This document shows positions 11,503 through 24,316 of a stretch of DNA of 64,000 bases, piece by piece; the first letter of the stretch is position 1, and each line of letters starts with the position of its first letter. The notes beneath the pieces were generated by a model, which worked only from the letters and a program-made list of their open reading frames with translations, was not told the DNA's origin and searched no databases. Position numbers and translations under genes: made by a program. Origin of the DNA: Rhizodiscina lignyota (Eukaryota); assembly GCA_010015805.1 (NCBI GenBank), contig ML978121.1:2170001-2234000 (forward strand), read 5' to 3'.

Positions 11503-14377
11503 GTTGCTGGATATCGATTTGATTGTCGTAATTTTCGTAATTTTCGATCGGATTGGAAGCTGCTATGTCGTCGGTGCCGGTAGGCTTACTTTCAGCCCTA
11601 TTGCTGCAGGTCTAGGTTCGTATGGCGCAACGGTACGACAATGCAGGTCAGGGATGGAAGTGGAATGCTTGCAGGAGAGAGAGGACTGCATTTTTCCAGA
11701 AGGTTTCCCGATGTGCGAAAGGCTGGGGTGGTTGGTGTGGGTGGCTGGTATTTGATTTTTGTTGGTGGTTGGGCGGTGGCAGGTAAGATGGCAGGGTTGG
11801 CACTATGAGCAATGCGCGGCCGAGAAACCACAATCATTTCGGGAAATACCTTTTTGATGTTGAATTAAAAGAACAGTTGATTTCAGCATTGGATGAATTG
11901 GGTTCAAACGAAGTGTAGTTAGCTTCCGGGAATATTTGCGTGGAAGATGATTCGCAAGCAACCACCACCACTCCGATTCCGAGCCGAATATAACGTGAGA
12001 GGCCTGCATGGAGCACGGAGTAGGAAGCTTTGAATTCATGCATGTCTCTATCTACCAGCACGCGGTGTATCTAATTGGATTCGCAAGCGGAGCTTAACAA
12101 TTCTTCTGCGAATGGTCTTGAACGTCAGAGTCTAATCTTCCTCTTCTGTGATATTAACCACAACGCCTCCGAAAGATTTACCGTACTAGGGTATATTTGA
12201 GTTGTACGCAGCAGTACTCAACACAGACATCATGACGAAAATGCTTCAGAGCTTTGACTATCTATGTACTCTTGCGAGAGTGGCGGTTGAAGGCAACCGA
12301 TCGGCCGAATGAGCGGAGGTACACATTTCGGGATGGCGTTTGAAATCAAGGTCTCCAGTTAGAATTGCTGATTAGCGGCATCTGCTTTGCACTGAAATGC
12401 TCTGAAATGGCGGTTGTCGACGAAGCATGGGCCGAGACTTCTCACAGTACCCGCGAACGAGGCCATTGAGCCGCTCCAATTGGCATCAAACTCAGCGATT
12501 ATTGAGTGAGTGAGGTCTACGCGAATGCACCTCGAGCTAACGCGCTCAGCCCTGTTCATATGAGAACTTTCTGTACATATCGACCTTTGTTTCAGGATGT
12601 AGCCTTTGCTGTTGCAGCTTTCGCACGAGAAAATCGTCGCACGAGTCATGAGTTCAAAGACAACCAGCAACCTGGACGACTAGATTTACTGTAGCCCTAT
12701 GGGCTGCATTAGATCCCGCACCTCCTGCGGCTTGCTCGATGAAGGTCTGGAGTAGGCCGGGATTTCGTTCAAATATCTATGACTGCGAATTAAATCCATC
12801 TCATCTGACTGCTCCCCAGCTAGACATTGGCACCGCAGCTTTCCACGAAATGTCAGAAAAAGCCACTGAGACAGTCGCTCCAAGAAAAGCAAGGATGAGT
12901 TTGAGATAAGCAGTCGATCTCGTAATGACGCCAACTAGCTGTGGCAAGTGTAAATGCGATTTCCGCATTGAAGGTCACAATTCCGAGAAACATGATCTTA
13001 CCTATTCCTTGGATCGGGTACCGGTGCACTGTTTTGGCACGGTCAGCGAAACCGAGGCCAACTGAGGCTCCAAGTTGAATTCGAATCTACTCTCCCTGGT
13101 ATATTAGTTACATAGACAGTGGGAGACTGGAGGCACAACTCACAGGCATTCGCGGAGTTACGAATCTGCTTTATGTCCAATGCTAAAGCAGTGAGCCATG
13201 AGGATAAGAAAATTATAAGCAAAGCTCTCCACTACGCTAGGAGTCAGCAGCTGCTACAACCCGTAGAATGGAATGAGCTTTTCGCCGCCTAACGAGATTC
13301 AGCAATGAGAGTATTACTTGCCTTTTCGGTAATTAATGCCGGTACCGCTTTCGCTACCGGAGGTAAAGACGGTACGATGAGACACATTATGTGTCCCTAT
13401 TTGCATCCGCTGATGTCGTGTACAACAGAGACGTCCCCGTCATTTCAACGCGGCCCCACTGTCCGTCAGCATTTGAATCTGCAGCGTGAGTTAGCCAATT
13501 TCCTATACCAGTTAGTACAGTTTAATTGGCTATAGGATACTCCCTTCGGTGGGATGGGTGGTCCATACGAGAAAATTTAAGCCAGCTTTGCCACATGTAG
13601 AACTAGCGCCTTATTCCATCGTATTCCCTGCGCTCGCGTACTTCGGCCTCCCTTTTCCATCACACCGCCAAAGAGCTCGTTAGTTAACATCAAGCTACGG
13701 AGTACTTCATTTCCTTTACAAGACTCCCCTGGGCCCGAGCTGTCCAACGTGGCCGGTGGTAAGCCAGGAGATCGACTGGGTGGAATTTGAGAACATCCTT
13801 CCTCTCTCGTCTCGCACTTTACCTATTCAAAGACGCGATAGAAGTTCGCCGCATAAGCACCACCTCTGCCCTGTAGCCAACCACTCACTGGATGGCATCA
13901 AGTCCCGGGATCCTTCCGAGCGTGGTTTTCATGTGTCGCGCTGTGGGTCTCGAATAGTCTCCAGCAAATCGACTCTCAAGCTCCCAAACAATTGCTGCAT
14001 CTTACTACTCGCCTGGTCGTTTGTTCATCGCAGCTAGCCGATTTAGAATCTGACAGTGCAAGGATCACCGCAATCTGATTGTTCGGAATGCTCTTGAATG
14101 CCCCTTTGAGGATCTCTCACGGAGATGCTCGGCGTTACTGGAACCAAATTATGTTGGGAAGTTGCGACGCTTCAATTAAGTTTTCATGTGGCGGTTGCGA
14201 GCATGTGGAGCACCAACAGACGTCTGACTGTATCAAAGCCTCTGCAGTAGGTATATTTCATTCCATTCATTCCTTCAATTCCGCGAGAGCCTTCTTTAGC
14301 AGCGACCCTTAGCCGCCAGTGTATAATTTCCCTGCTGGCATTGCACAATCAACAGCAGCAAGATTGCACCAGACAAA

Positions 14378-16269
14378 ATGACGACCTCACGAGAATCATC
14401 TGAATTGGCTTTAGACAACGCCATGGCGAATCCTGAAAAGGGAAAGGAATACGGCACTACAACACCCGAGCCTGGTAACAACGACAGCTTCGTCCCTACT
14501 ACGGGAACATCGAGCCCGGATCCAGAGAAGGTAGCGGTAGACATTGGAGCCCAAATTGCGCCGGCAGCAGAAAATGAGGCTCAAGAACGCCAATACCAAG
14601 GACTTAACTGGTATCTGGTCTGCATCGCAGTTTACGTTGTCACGTTCATGTATGGCCTGGACAACACGATTGTCGCCAACATCCAAGCACCCATCGTCGA
14701 AAGGTTTGGTGCCGTGGAGAAGCTTGGATGGCTTGGCATAGGCTTTCCGTTAGGCTCCAGTGCACTCATCCTTCCTGTTGGTAAAGCCTATGGTCTTTTC
14801 AACGTCAAGTGGCTTTACATCTGTAGTATCATCATGTTTCTCGCTGGCAGCGCACTTTGCGGTGGAGCACCTTCAATGAATGCCCTGATATTCGGACGAG
14901 TTTGGGCAGGTGCTGGCGGGACTGGCATGTATTTGGGGTGAGAGCCATTACAGACCGAAGACATATAGCGGAGATGCTGAGTCAATACTAACTTGATACA
15001 GTGTATTAAACATCCTGTCCATATCGACCACTATCCAAGAACGGCCACTATACATGGCAATTACGGGGATTTTCTGGGGTCTTGGCTGTATCCTCGGTCC
15101 TGTGATCGGAGGCGCATTTGCGGACTCCTCCGCCACCTGGAGGTGGTCATTCTATATCAATCTCATCATTGCCGCTGTTTGTGCACCGGTATTTCTCTTC
15201 ATTCTGAAGCCATTCCACCCTCGACCAGGTGTTCCGATCATAGACAAGCTCAAGCTTATCGACTGGGTCGGCGTTGCACTGAATATTTCCGTGTATACCT
15301 TCTTCGTCCTCGTGGTACGTCATCCTGTGATGCACATATTAGATATACAGTCATGCTGATTTGCTCTGCCGAGTTTAGTTCACATTTGGAGGAGCACAGT
15401 GGGCCTGGAATGCTGGTGGTACCATTGCCTACTTCGTCCTATTCGGCGTATCGCTACTCGCCTTCGTCCTGCAGCAGGCTTTCGCAGTGTTCACCACGAA
15501 AGAAAACCGACTGTTCCCGGTGCACCTTCTCCACGATTACTCCCAGGTCCTCTTATACATCAGCACCTGCTGCCAGGCAACAAACATCTTCATCCCAATT
15601 TACTATATCCCGCTCTTCTACCAGTTTGTCCATGGAACTGATGGTATCACAGCGGCCGTTAGGCTGCTGCCGTTCATGTTCATTGTTATATTTAGCTGCA
15701 TGTTCAACGGTGCTGTCATGCCAAGGTTCGGCCATTACTGGTACTGGTATCTCGTCGCGGGAATATTCAGCCTTATCGGAGGCTCACTATTCTTCGCGGA
15801 TGTTGACGCAGGTACCTCGAACTCGAAGATCTACGGATTCAGTATACTTTTAGCTATCGGCGGAGGCATCGCACAACAAGCTGCGTACAGCATATCGCCG
15901 GCTCTCGTCGACTCTCTCCACAAGGTCCCCGATGCGATTGGCTTCATCAACATCGCACAAATTGGGGGCATGGTCATCTCATTAACGATTACGAGTTCGG
16001 TTTTCCAGAATCTTGGGTTTAAACATCTGAAGGCTGCACTACGCGGGAATGGCTTTACCGATAACCAGATACATGCTGCACTGGCAGGTGCGAAGAGTGG
16101 TATTTTTGAGTCGACCAGCGCCCAGATCAAGGAAAGAGCAACGAACGCTGTAGTCAAGGCTATCAGCGATGGCTATATCTTGGTCATCACTGCGGCAGCA
16201 TTGGGCACGATCTGTGCCTTGCTCATGAAGAAAGAGAAGGTCTTCCTCATGCCGACTGCTGGCGGTTAA
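14378..16269 (+). CDS. MFS drug:H+ antiporter (DHA2, 14-TM type)
   Basis: LDNTIV, GSALCGGAPSMNALIFGR, LGPVIGGAF, WRWSFYINL, DWVG. Introns near 14938-15001 and 15315-15378. Confidence 0.92.
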
Positions 16270-17058
16270 TCACTTGGCAAGCAGACAAGAACGAAAGTAT
16301 GCATGAAAGATATCTCAGTTCATGTGGATGATTGGATCTCTGTATTTACAAACAGTGCGTTAATGAGAGTTAATACCAATTCGATAAAGATAGAGAGCGG
16401 TAATACCCTTTAGAGCAAAAAATGATACTTGATATCACCTTATCAGCACTGAGCAGCAGCGCACAATGCGGTCAGCGGCACTGATACTTTTTCATGAACA
16501 TACCCCCGAAACGCGGCTACAATTGTGTTAGGCTTTGCTTCTAAACGTCCTTGGCGATTTATAAAGGTAGGATGAATGAGGCAGTTGAGGTTCGAATTGA
16601 GCTGGCGAAAGGTCACGACCCTCCTCTTTTGGAATAGCTCCAAGCCACGTGAAGCTTCGCACGGACGTTTCCCTCCCATTCCTTTCCATCTCCCATCCTT
16701 GGCCTTTCGTCCGTTATCAACCAACCATTGGCCCATCCCTTGATGCCCTGATGCAATGGTCTACCTCTTGTTATTGCGATGTCCTGTTTGAAGTAGCCTG
16801 CCAACAAGTCATTAGCAGCACTTCTACGGTGCTCTCCGATACCCACGCGATGATCTCAGACCAGGCGCGACGCGCTCCTTCTTGGAGCAGTCTAGTGCTT
16901 GTTATTCACCTTTACCGACAGGAATGTATCAGCGTGGGACCGTAGGTAGGGTTTGGCGCCGAGGGAGGAAACGAAACTTGCTTTAAAGCGCAGCTTCTCG
17001 CGCGTCGAAACATGTTTTCTGCGCGACAGACTCCCTCGTTTTGTCTGTACTATTCAAT

Positions 17059-18784
17059 ATGTTCAGCCAAATGTTCCTGCCTCTCGTTTTTGCACTCGGG
17101 TCCGTCCTGACTTATGCATCTCCAACTCAGCCTCTTCAAGATCGGAGCTATCACGTGGAAAGAGATGGAACCAAGTATGTCGTCTTTGACCATGCTCAGA
17201 CGGGTGCGAGGATGGAGTTTGTGAATAATTCAGGGATCTGCGAAACGACACCGGGTGTGAATCAGTACTCCGGCTATCTTTCGGTAGGCGACAACATGAA
17301 CATGTGGTTCTGGTAGGCATTCTCGCGTTTCTTGAGAAGTCTTTCGTTCTTGCTCCATGTCAAATTTGCAGCATGTCAAAATTTACCAAGTCCGCGGGCG
17401 CCTCTTGAGGTAGCTTCTGATTTGCTCGCACCGCCGAGCAACGAGTGTCTCAATTTCCACGCCAAGCTCGATGAGTCTATCGATACTTTGATTTAAGACC
17501 ACGGTTTTCCTCGATGCAGTTCACTTTAATCATTGCGGCTATGCAAGGAAAGAACTAATTGCGGGTCTATAGGTTCTTTGAAGCAAGGAACAATGCATCA
17601 TCAGCGCCTTTGGTAGCATGGTTCAACGGTGGTCCAGGATGTTCTTCCATGATCGGACTCTTCCAAGAGAACGGTCCATGCCAATTCTATAATGGATCGA
17701 GCGAGCCATCTATTAATCCGTACAGTTTCAATGAGTATGCGAACATGATATACATCGATCAACCCATTGGCACTGGCTTCTCGTATGGAACTGATACTGT
17801 CGACTCCGCTGCATCTGCAGCGCCATTTGTGTGGAAGCTCCTCCAAGCCTTTTACACGCAATTCCCCCAATATGAGAGCCGGGATTTCGGCCTCTTCACG
17901 GAGTCGTATGGCGGCATGTACGGCCCGGCATTCACTTCGTATTTTGAGTCTCAGAATGCTGCTGGCGCTGGGGAGAATGTAAAACTCGTCGCGCTCGGGA
18001 TCAACAACGGCTGGCTTGACTCGATCTATGCATACAAGGCCCAAATCGACTTTCTGTACAATAACACATGGCGCAACATCATCGACGAGTCGACGTACAA
18101 CAGTTTGACTGACTCGTACAACTCCGACTGTCTACCAGCATTGCAGCAGTGCCAGAAGAGTAACAGCGATACTGATTGCTCTGCCGCGTTGAATACTTGT
18201 GGCCAGGAGATCGAGGACCCGCTTCAGCAAGCTGGTGACTTTGACGTATACGACGTCCGATCTGGCAGCAACGATCCCAATCCGCCAGCAACGTATTCGA
18301 CATACCTAACTCAGAGTTCCGTCACGAGCAAGATTGGTGCGAAGGTCCAATACCAAGAGTGCCCCGAAGCACCGTACGATAAATTTGCTACGACTGGAGA
18401 CGACTCCCGGACGTACCTTGAGAATCTGTCGACCGTTGTCCAATCTGGAGTCCAAACTCTTATTTGGGCAGGCGATGCGGACTGGATTTGCAACTGGTAC
18501 GGCGTCCTCGATGCCGCAAACGCCATTGAGTATGACGGCCAGGATGAGTTCAAGAGCAAGGCGCTCTCACCGTACACGGTTAATGGAGTGCACAAGGGCG
18601 ACTATAAGAGCGTTGGGAGTCTGTCGTTCTTGAGAGCATTTGCTGCAGGCCATGAAGTGCCTTATTATCGTAAGTGGTCCTCATTGTACTTGGCCAGCCG
18701 TAACTGACGATGAATGTAGAGCCGGAGCTTGCCTTGCAGGTCTTCATCCAGACGATGCAGAAGAAGGCAATTTCGTCCACATAG
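17059..18784 (+). CDS. Secreted serine carboxypeptidase (peptidase S10)
   Basis: Signal-like N-terminus, YSGYL, WFNGGPGCSS, DQPIGTGFS, ESYGG (catalytic Ser), GDADWIC (Asp), AGHEVP (His). Introns 17313-17571 and near 18670-18718. Confidence 0.95.
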
Positions 18785-19167
18785 GGCCTGAAGGACATCA
18801 GGGGGGTATCGGAAGGATTGACATGTCCTCTGTAGATAATGTCGCACAGTACAGGAAATGTAAATCAGCTGCCAAAGTCTTGCTATTCACATCACCCCAG
18901 TTCTGCATATTAATTCGAACATATCAGAGTAGCTGCTCGCGGACCTATTGGTAAACGGCCATTCGATATCTGAGAATCTTAGTGTTTCTTTGCATTTCGT
19001 ATAGCATTCTGCTCATCTTGAGTGTGCAAGGTATTAGACAATATTACGAATAAAGATTAAAAAAGAGATCATATTCTCATGGCCAAAGAATGTACGAGAA
19101 TTGAAGTCATTCCGATGGGGCTCATTCATAAGCTGCTCTCTTATCATGCTATTCACAGTGGTCCCTC

Positions 19168-20264
19168 TCATATTTGGTACAAGCCATCTTCGGCCGGGCC
19201 CGGTGGTGCTCTTGGTTCCTCCCCCAGCATCACGCACGCGGGTCTTCGCGTTACGCCCTCTAATTCCGCTCTCACAGACGTATCTTCTAGTTCGAGTATA
19301 TCGCCTCTCGAATTATTCTGCACCGGATATCCGTCCAGTTCTCCAGGCGCTGGACTCCACTCCGCCGCCCCCGTTGTTGGTGACTTGCTCGTGCGTTTCC
19401 AGAAGCGAGTTGTCGGGGAGGACGTGCTCGTAGTTGTGGCAGAGGCATGTTTTACGTCGAAATAGTTTCCGAAAATGCTTGCGCGCCTGTCGGTGGGCGC
19501 GCGAGTGGAAGAATCTGTACGATCGGGCTTGCGACGGCGGCGCAGAAAGACAATGGCCAATGCAATGAGCACACCAAGTACAAGAGCGCCAATTACGCCG
19601 CCAACGACTGCGCCGACTGGTACGCTGTTTCCAGATTTGGTTGGGGTACTTGATACAGCGCTGGATGTATTTGTAGATGGAGCAAGTGATATGGAGGAAG
19701 TCGCAAGTGCACTACTTGAGGGACTGCTTGATGGACTGCTTGAGGGCTGTGACTGTGTGACAGGTGTGGGCGACGTAGATTGGACTGACGTTGAGGAAGA
19801 CGCGGACGAAGGAGACGGTGTAGATAGGACCGATTTCGAGGAAGAGGAAGAGGAAGAGGACGAGACTATTATCGCGCTACTGGTGGGCGCAGGTGTGCTT
19901 AAGCTTTCTGACGTGCTTGAAGGTGCTGTATGGGAAGTTGGTGACTGAGAAGAGGCCGGTGCAGATGATGAAGAAGTCGCCGAAGGTGCGCTGGAGGACG
20001 ATTCTATATCAAGAGTGTCAGCTAACTGTTGTGAGCCGCTGGGCGCTGTGGGCGCAAGGCTCAACGCTAGCTCAATGCCAATTGCGGCGGCGCATAGGAA
20101 GAGGAGAGCGCACCAGATGAGGATGAAGATGAAGACGAGGAATCAGGACAGTCGGTCAGAGAGCATGGGTCAACGGAGCAGCAGCCTCTGAAACCATTGG
20201 AAGAACAGACGTAGAACAGTGTCCCATCGGAGCAGTCCTGTCGCGCGAAGAGTGCTATATGCAT
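19168..20264 (-). CDS. Single-pass membrane protein: Cys-rich N-terminus, Ser/Thr stalk, TM helix, cytoplasmic tail
   Basis: FYVC..NGFRGCCSVDPC motif. An intron near 20113-20004 (GTGCGC...GCTGAC...TAG) joins the two ORFs. GAVVGGVIG TM helix followed by RRRRK. Confidence 0.8.
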
Positions 20265-21387
20265 AGCGGTGGTATTAGCATTATCATTAGCATCGTCAAC
20301 ACTAGATTGAAGAAGTTGAAGAAAGGAAAAGACTCGAAGAAATGTTCAGCCTTGTCGTCGGCTCGCGGCTAAAGCGAGAGTATTGCGCTTGCAAACGTTG
20401 TAACGCCACATGTCTCCGGGGTGGGGGCCATCCCATGATATTCTTGGAGAGAGTGTGGTAATCATCTATCGCACATCCTGAAGAATCTGGTTGGGCTTGC
20501 AGCCGCTTCCATGGGCTACATTGGTACAATGGATGTTGTTCATGACAGAAGTAAGATGTTGGTTTCAGCCTCTCGCAAGAATAGTAAGATGACGTCGGAT
20601 CTTATCTTATCTTTTTGCCAGCACACTTTGACATCCCTGTCCGCAATACAGTCTGTGAACTCGCGAAGCTATTGTTGAGTCAGGTTCACCGTTATCAATC
20701 TCTATGCCCAGAAGCCAATAGCTGAGAGGAGTTGATTTCGAAGATAATGACCTTTTTAGGGTGAGACCTAGCTGAGTGTCGAGCAGCAAGCTAGGACTCA
20801 GTGCGGAGTACAGAGGTTCAAAATCAGATTGCTGTGAGTACGTGTACGATCAAATCGACAATGCATCACGGACATCATATCGTTACGAGAAACTCATTCG
20901 TTTAAATGATCCATCTGTTAACTTGTACTAGTTCATTTCACCTACGGCAGTACACTTCCTCATATGTATACGTGCATCTAGCACATTGCGAGAAGAATTC
21001 TGGCAAAATTGCCTTGCAGTGCAGTCTTCAATGCCTTACGAATCTTATCGGAGACCTCCCAAGGACAACATTCAATATCGTACCAGGTCGGCCTTATGAT
21101 CCAAATCCCTGAAGTCAAATGAACGGGGACCATCAATAACTGGGTACGCGAGTGATGTGTACGGGGCACATACCTGCTATTGATATCCATTTTAAATGAC
21201 TGTCATATGTAGAGAACGGTCCGGACGTTAAACTAATCACCGCTTGGACTACTCTGTGACAAAAGTCTGGTCGTGTTTCGGAGAGTTATGGCGTTCTAGG
21301 GGCTTGTCCACTGCAACTCGACCTGGCTCTTGTCATCTCGCTGGCATCTGCAATCGGCTGACCATTTTGTGAAAGGAGGCTGGTATC

Positions 21388-24316
21388 TTATCGAAGCTCA
21401 AACACAGTCCTTATGAATGAAGCAGGCTCGATTGGACCTTCGGGTTTCTGGATATCTTTTGCCTTCGTGGCCGGTTCGGTCATGGAACGCTTCAATGACT
21501 TCATAAACTCTCCACCGGTCTCCTTTACTCTCCTTGTGGCTTCCCGGACTGCAGCAAGCTCTCCTTCCTGGGCTCTTTGTTTCGCCAAGTCCTCGGCTGA
21601 TCGCTGCAAAGGAATTGCCTCTCCATTCATCATTCCATGCAGGTAACATTCGCCAATCAGCTGGTAGAAGGTGTACTCATCAGCTTTCAGCGGAGGCTCA
21701 ACGTGCTTCGAAATTGAAAATGAGTCGGTACTCTTTATTGTGGTAGTTTGGCTTGCTGAAGCTGACTTGCCTAGTAGCTCAGCGACACTCTGTGGAAATA
21801 TTGGTCCTGGAGCCACAATGTCTGTTCCATTCCGGCTCAACGGGGGTGTGTCTCGCCATGCTCCAGGCATTCGTACTGATCGCTCACTGCTGATCGATAT
21901 GGTATCTAAGTCTTTGGCGTGAGCTCTGGTAGACTCGTGTTCCTGCATAGGTTCCACTTTGTTGGCTACATGTTCCACATTCTGCTGTTCCGTTGCTACC
22001 TGCATCGCCGTCAAATCCTTATTTTGGTTGATATCGCCACTCGAACAATCGATCTGGGTATCAGATGACATTCCATTGGTACTGCCTCCAACTGGGGGTC
22101 CTCCAGTCGATTGGTGAGGGCTGAGTGGCTTCCCTTCGAGTCGTTCCTGTTTTCTTTTGGCAACAAATTTTCGGAAGGTGTCAATTATTTTCCTGGCAGC
22201 TATTTTCTGCTGGCGTGTGAGCTTCGTGTCCGCTTCGTGCTTGACTTCTTCTTTGGTCTTGCTGAATCGTCGCAGAACCACTGGCACACTACAACCATAA
22301 AGGATTACAATCAAATCACCCTTTTCAGCATGTTTCGGGACCAATCCAAGTCTCCCACCTTTACTACGCATCAATCGCCTGTTCCAAATGACTGACTGAA
22401 CTCTTTCGAGGACATCACTAACCGCCTGGCAATCAGAGTAGTCAATCGCTTCTTGTGTGTTGAATGCATCGCCCTGCACGTGCGACTCCAGTGCATGGTT
22501 GATCAACCTCGGATAATGTCTGGGAGGGTTACCACTCTTCCCTCGGTCAGCGACCAATGTTCGCCAGTATTCATCGGGCAGCTTTTGCCATTGTTCCCCG
22601 TCACGAGCGTATCGGCGGCCAAGTACAGCCCAGTCTTCTGGAATGTTTCCTTTCTGTGACGCGGTTCTCAAGTTCTCAATCTTGTCGACCACAAACCCTT
22701 CAGTAAACATGCTGTGATAGTGAATACCATCCAAGTGACTATATTTGCTGAACTTTGTGACTCCTTGTTCGAACCGCAGGGCGTTCGTCAGTTCTCTGTT
22801 TCCGGCTGCTGTGTAGTTCCTTTGCGGTGGCAGCCCGACAAGTGTATCAGGGTTCTTCCTGACCATGCGCTTGGACTTTGGTTCCAGGCCATACGCAGCG
22901 CCTGTTATGCTCGATATCCAGGAGGGTAAACTGTCTCTACCCCGATCATCGCCTCGTGTCGAAGCCCTGCTGTCAAAGACTGCGCGCCATGGGCTGCCGC
23001 TGTCTTCATGGAGGTGGTCTTGCATGGCTGGAAACGGAGCCCAAGGACGACAAATGATGTCAAGAGCCCTTGTTGTATCTGATTGGGATATTGCAAAGTC
23101 GATGAAGTCAACGAAGACGTCGGAGATCGGCTGCTCGTAATTGACATAATACGACTTTGCTACAATCTTCTGCGATAGCTGCTCAATGAACTTTTCCTGG
23201 ATAGTTATTTTATAAGAGGCTACCATGCTTCTCATGTTTGCATGGGAAGTTCGGGGCATTGTATCCTTAGCAATTGCTAGTACAGCATAGACCGTGTCCC
23301 TCGGCTCGCTCGCGTTGAATGCTGTGAAGGTTGACACCAACTGTTCCAGAGTGAGCAATGCAACTTTCTCATGATCCGCTCGGCGTCGAAAGAGATCGTT
23401 GGTTACCGCGACGAGTCGGGTAGCGCTGAGGGCTGCAATATGGCCGAAGTATCTTGGCTTGTGGCCGTACTCTTTCTTTCCCATCATGATCGATTTTGAC
23501 ACGGTTCGCTTTTCTTCAGCCTCGTTAAACAGGGAGACCGCGTCGGCAAAGTCTTCCCAATTGATCCTTTGCGAACCGCAAAGTATCACTGCATCTTTAG
23601 CGAGCGCAATCTCCTGCACTACCCATCTCCTACTGAACCATTCACGTTTCATTAACTCGACCATGTTATTCCAGTCGTTGTGTGTGTCTTCATTTTTCAC
23701 CAAATGATCAAAATGTCTCAATCGCAAAACGCGCGTGTCAATGAACCTGAATGCCGCGCCACCATCGGCAGAGACATCAAGATCATCGGGATCACCTTCC
23801 CTTTCTTCTCCCAACCAGACAAAGACCTTCTTGGCCCTCGTATAGATCTTCGCCATTAGCCGTACTTGGTTGTTCCTTTCTGGGAAATCGTCTTGATTAA
23901 TGCCTTTTTAAGACAGTCAAGTTAGCGAGTGGGCCTTAGACAGCAAGTTGCATGATCGAGCTTCCACAATTGTTAAGGTCTTACGGACAAACTTGATCTA
24001 TCCAGAAGTATTCCTCCTTGTAGCGCCTGAGCTGTTTGAGAGCTGAATCCAGTGCGACGGAGATCTGAAAATCGTATGGTTGGTCGTTGTGTGTGATCCT
24101 CATCGTGGTCCTTGGAGCGTCACGGGGCCCCCAACACCAACTTAATGCTGCATACTCAAGATCCTGTTTCTCGTCAAATTCAAGTATTTGCCCTTCCACC
24201 TTGTCTTCATAGCTGCTACTTGAGAGTGTGATCTTGAGAATGCGAAGGTTCTCAGCTGGATCTGTCAAGGGGCAAAATGCGTAATCGTAGGGTGGGTGCT
24301 GCTGCAAATCTGACAT
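21388..24316 (-). CDS. Heterokaryon-incompatibility HET-domain protein (HET-6-like), intact
   Basis: YAALSWCWG, WIDQVCINQDD..ERNNQV..M..IY (across intron 23988-23904), WFSRRWVVQE, RDTVYA, LPSW, GCSVPVVLR, LIGECYLHGMMNGE. Confidence 0.92.

Noticed and set aside
10173..11583. Long antisense ORFs over the SDR and F-box genes (similar ones over the PLC and helicase)
   Set aside because: Shadow ORFs of GC-rich coding sequence with no recognisable motifs.
20004..20113. Apparent frameshift between ORFs 20067-20264 and 19168-20064
   Set aside because: Explained by a canonical intron.
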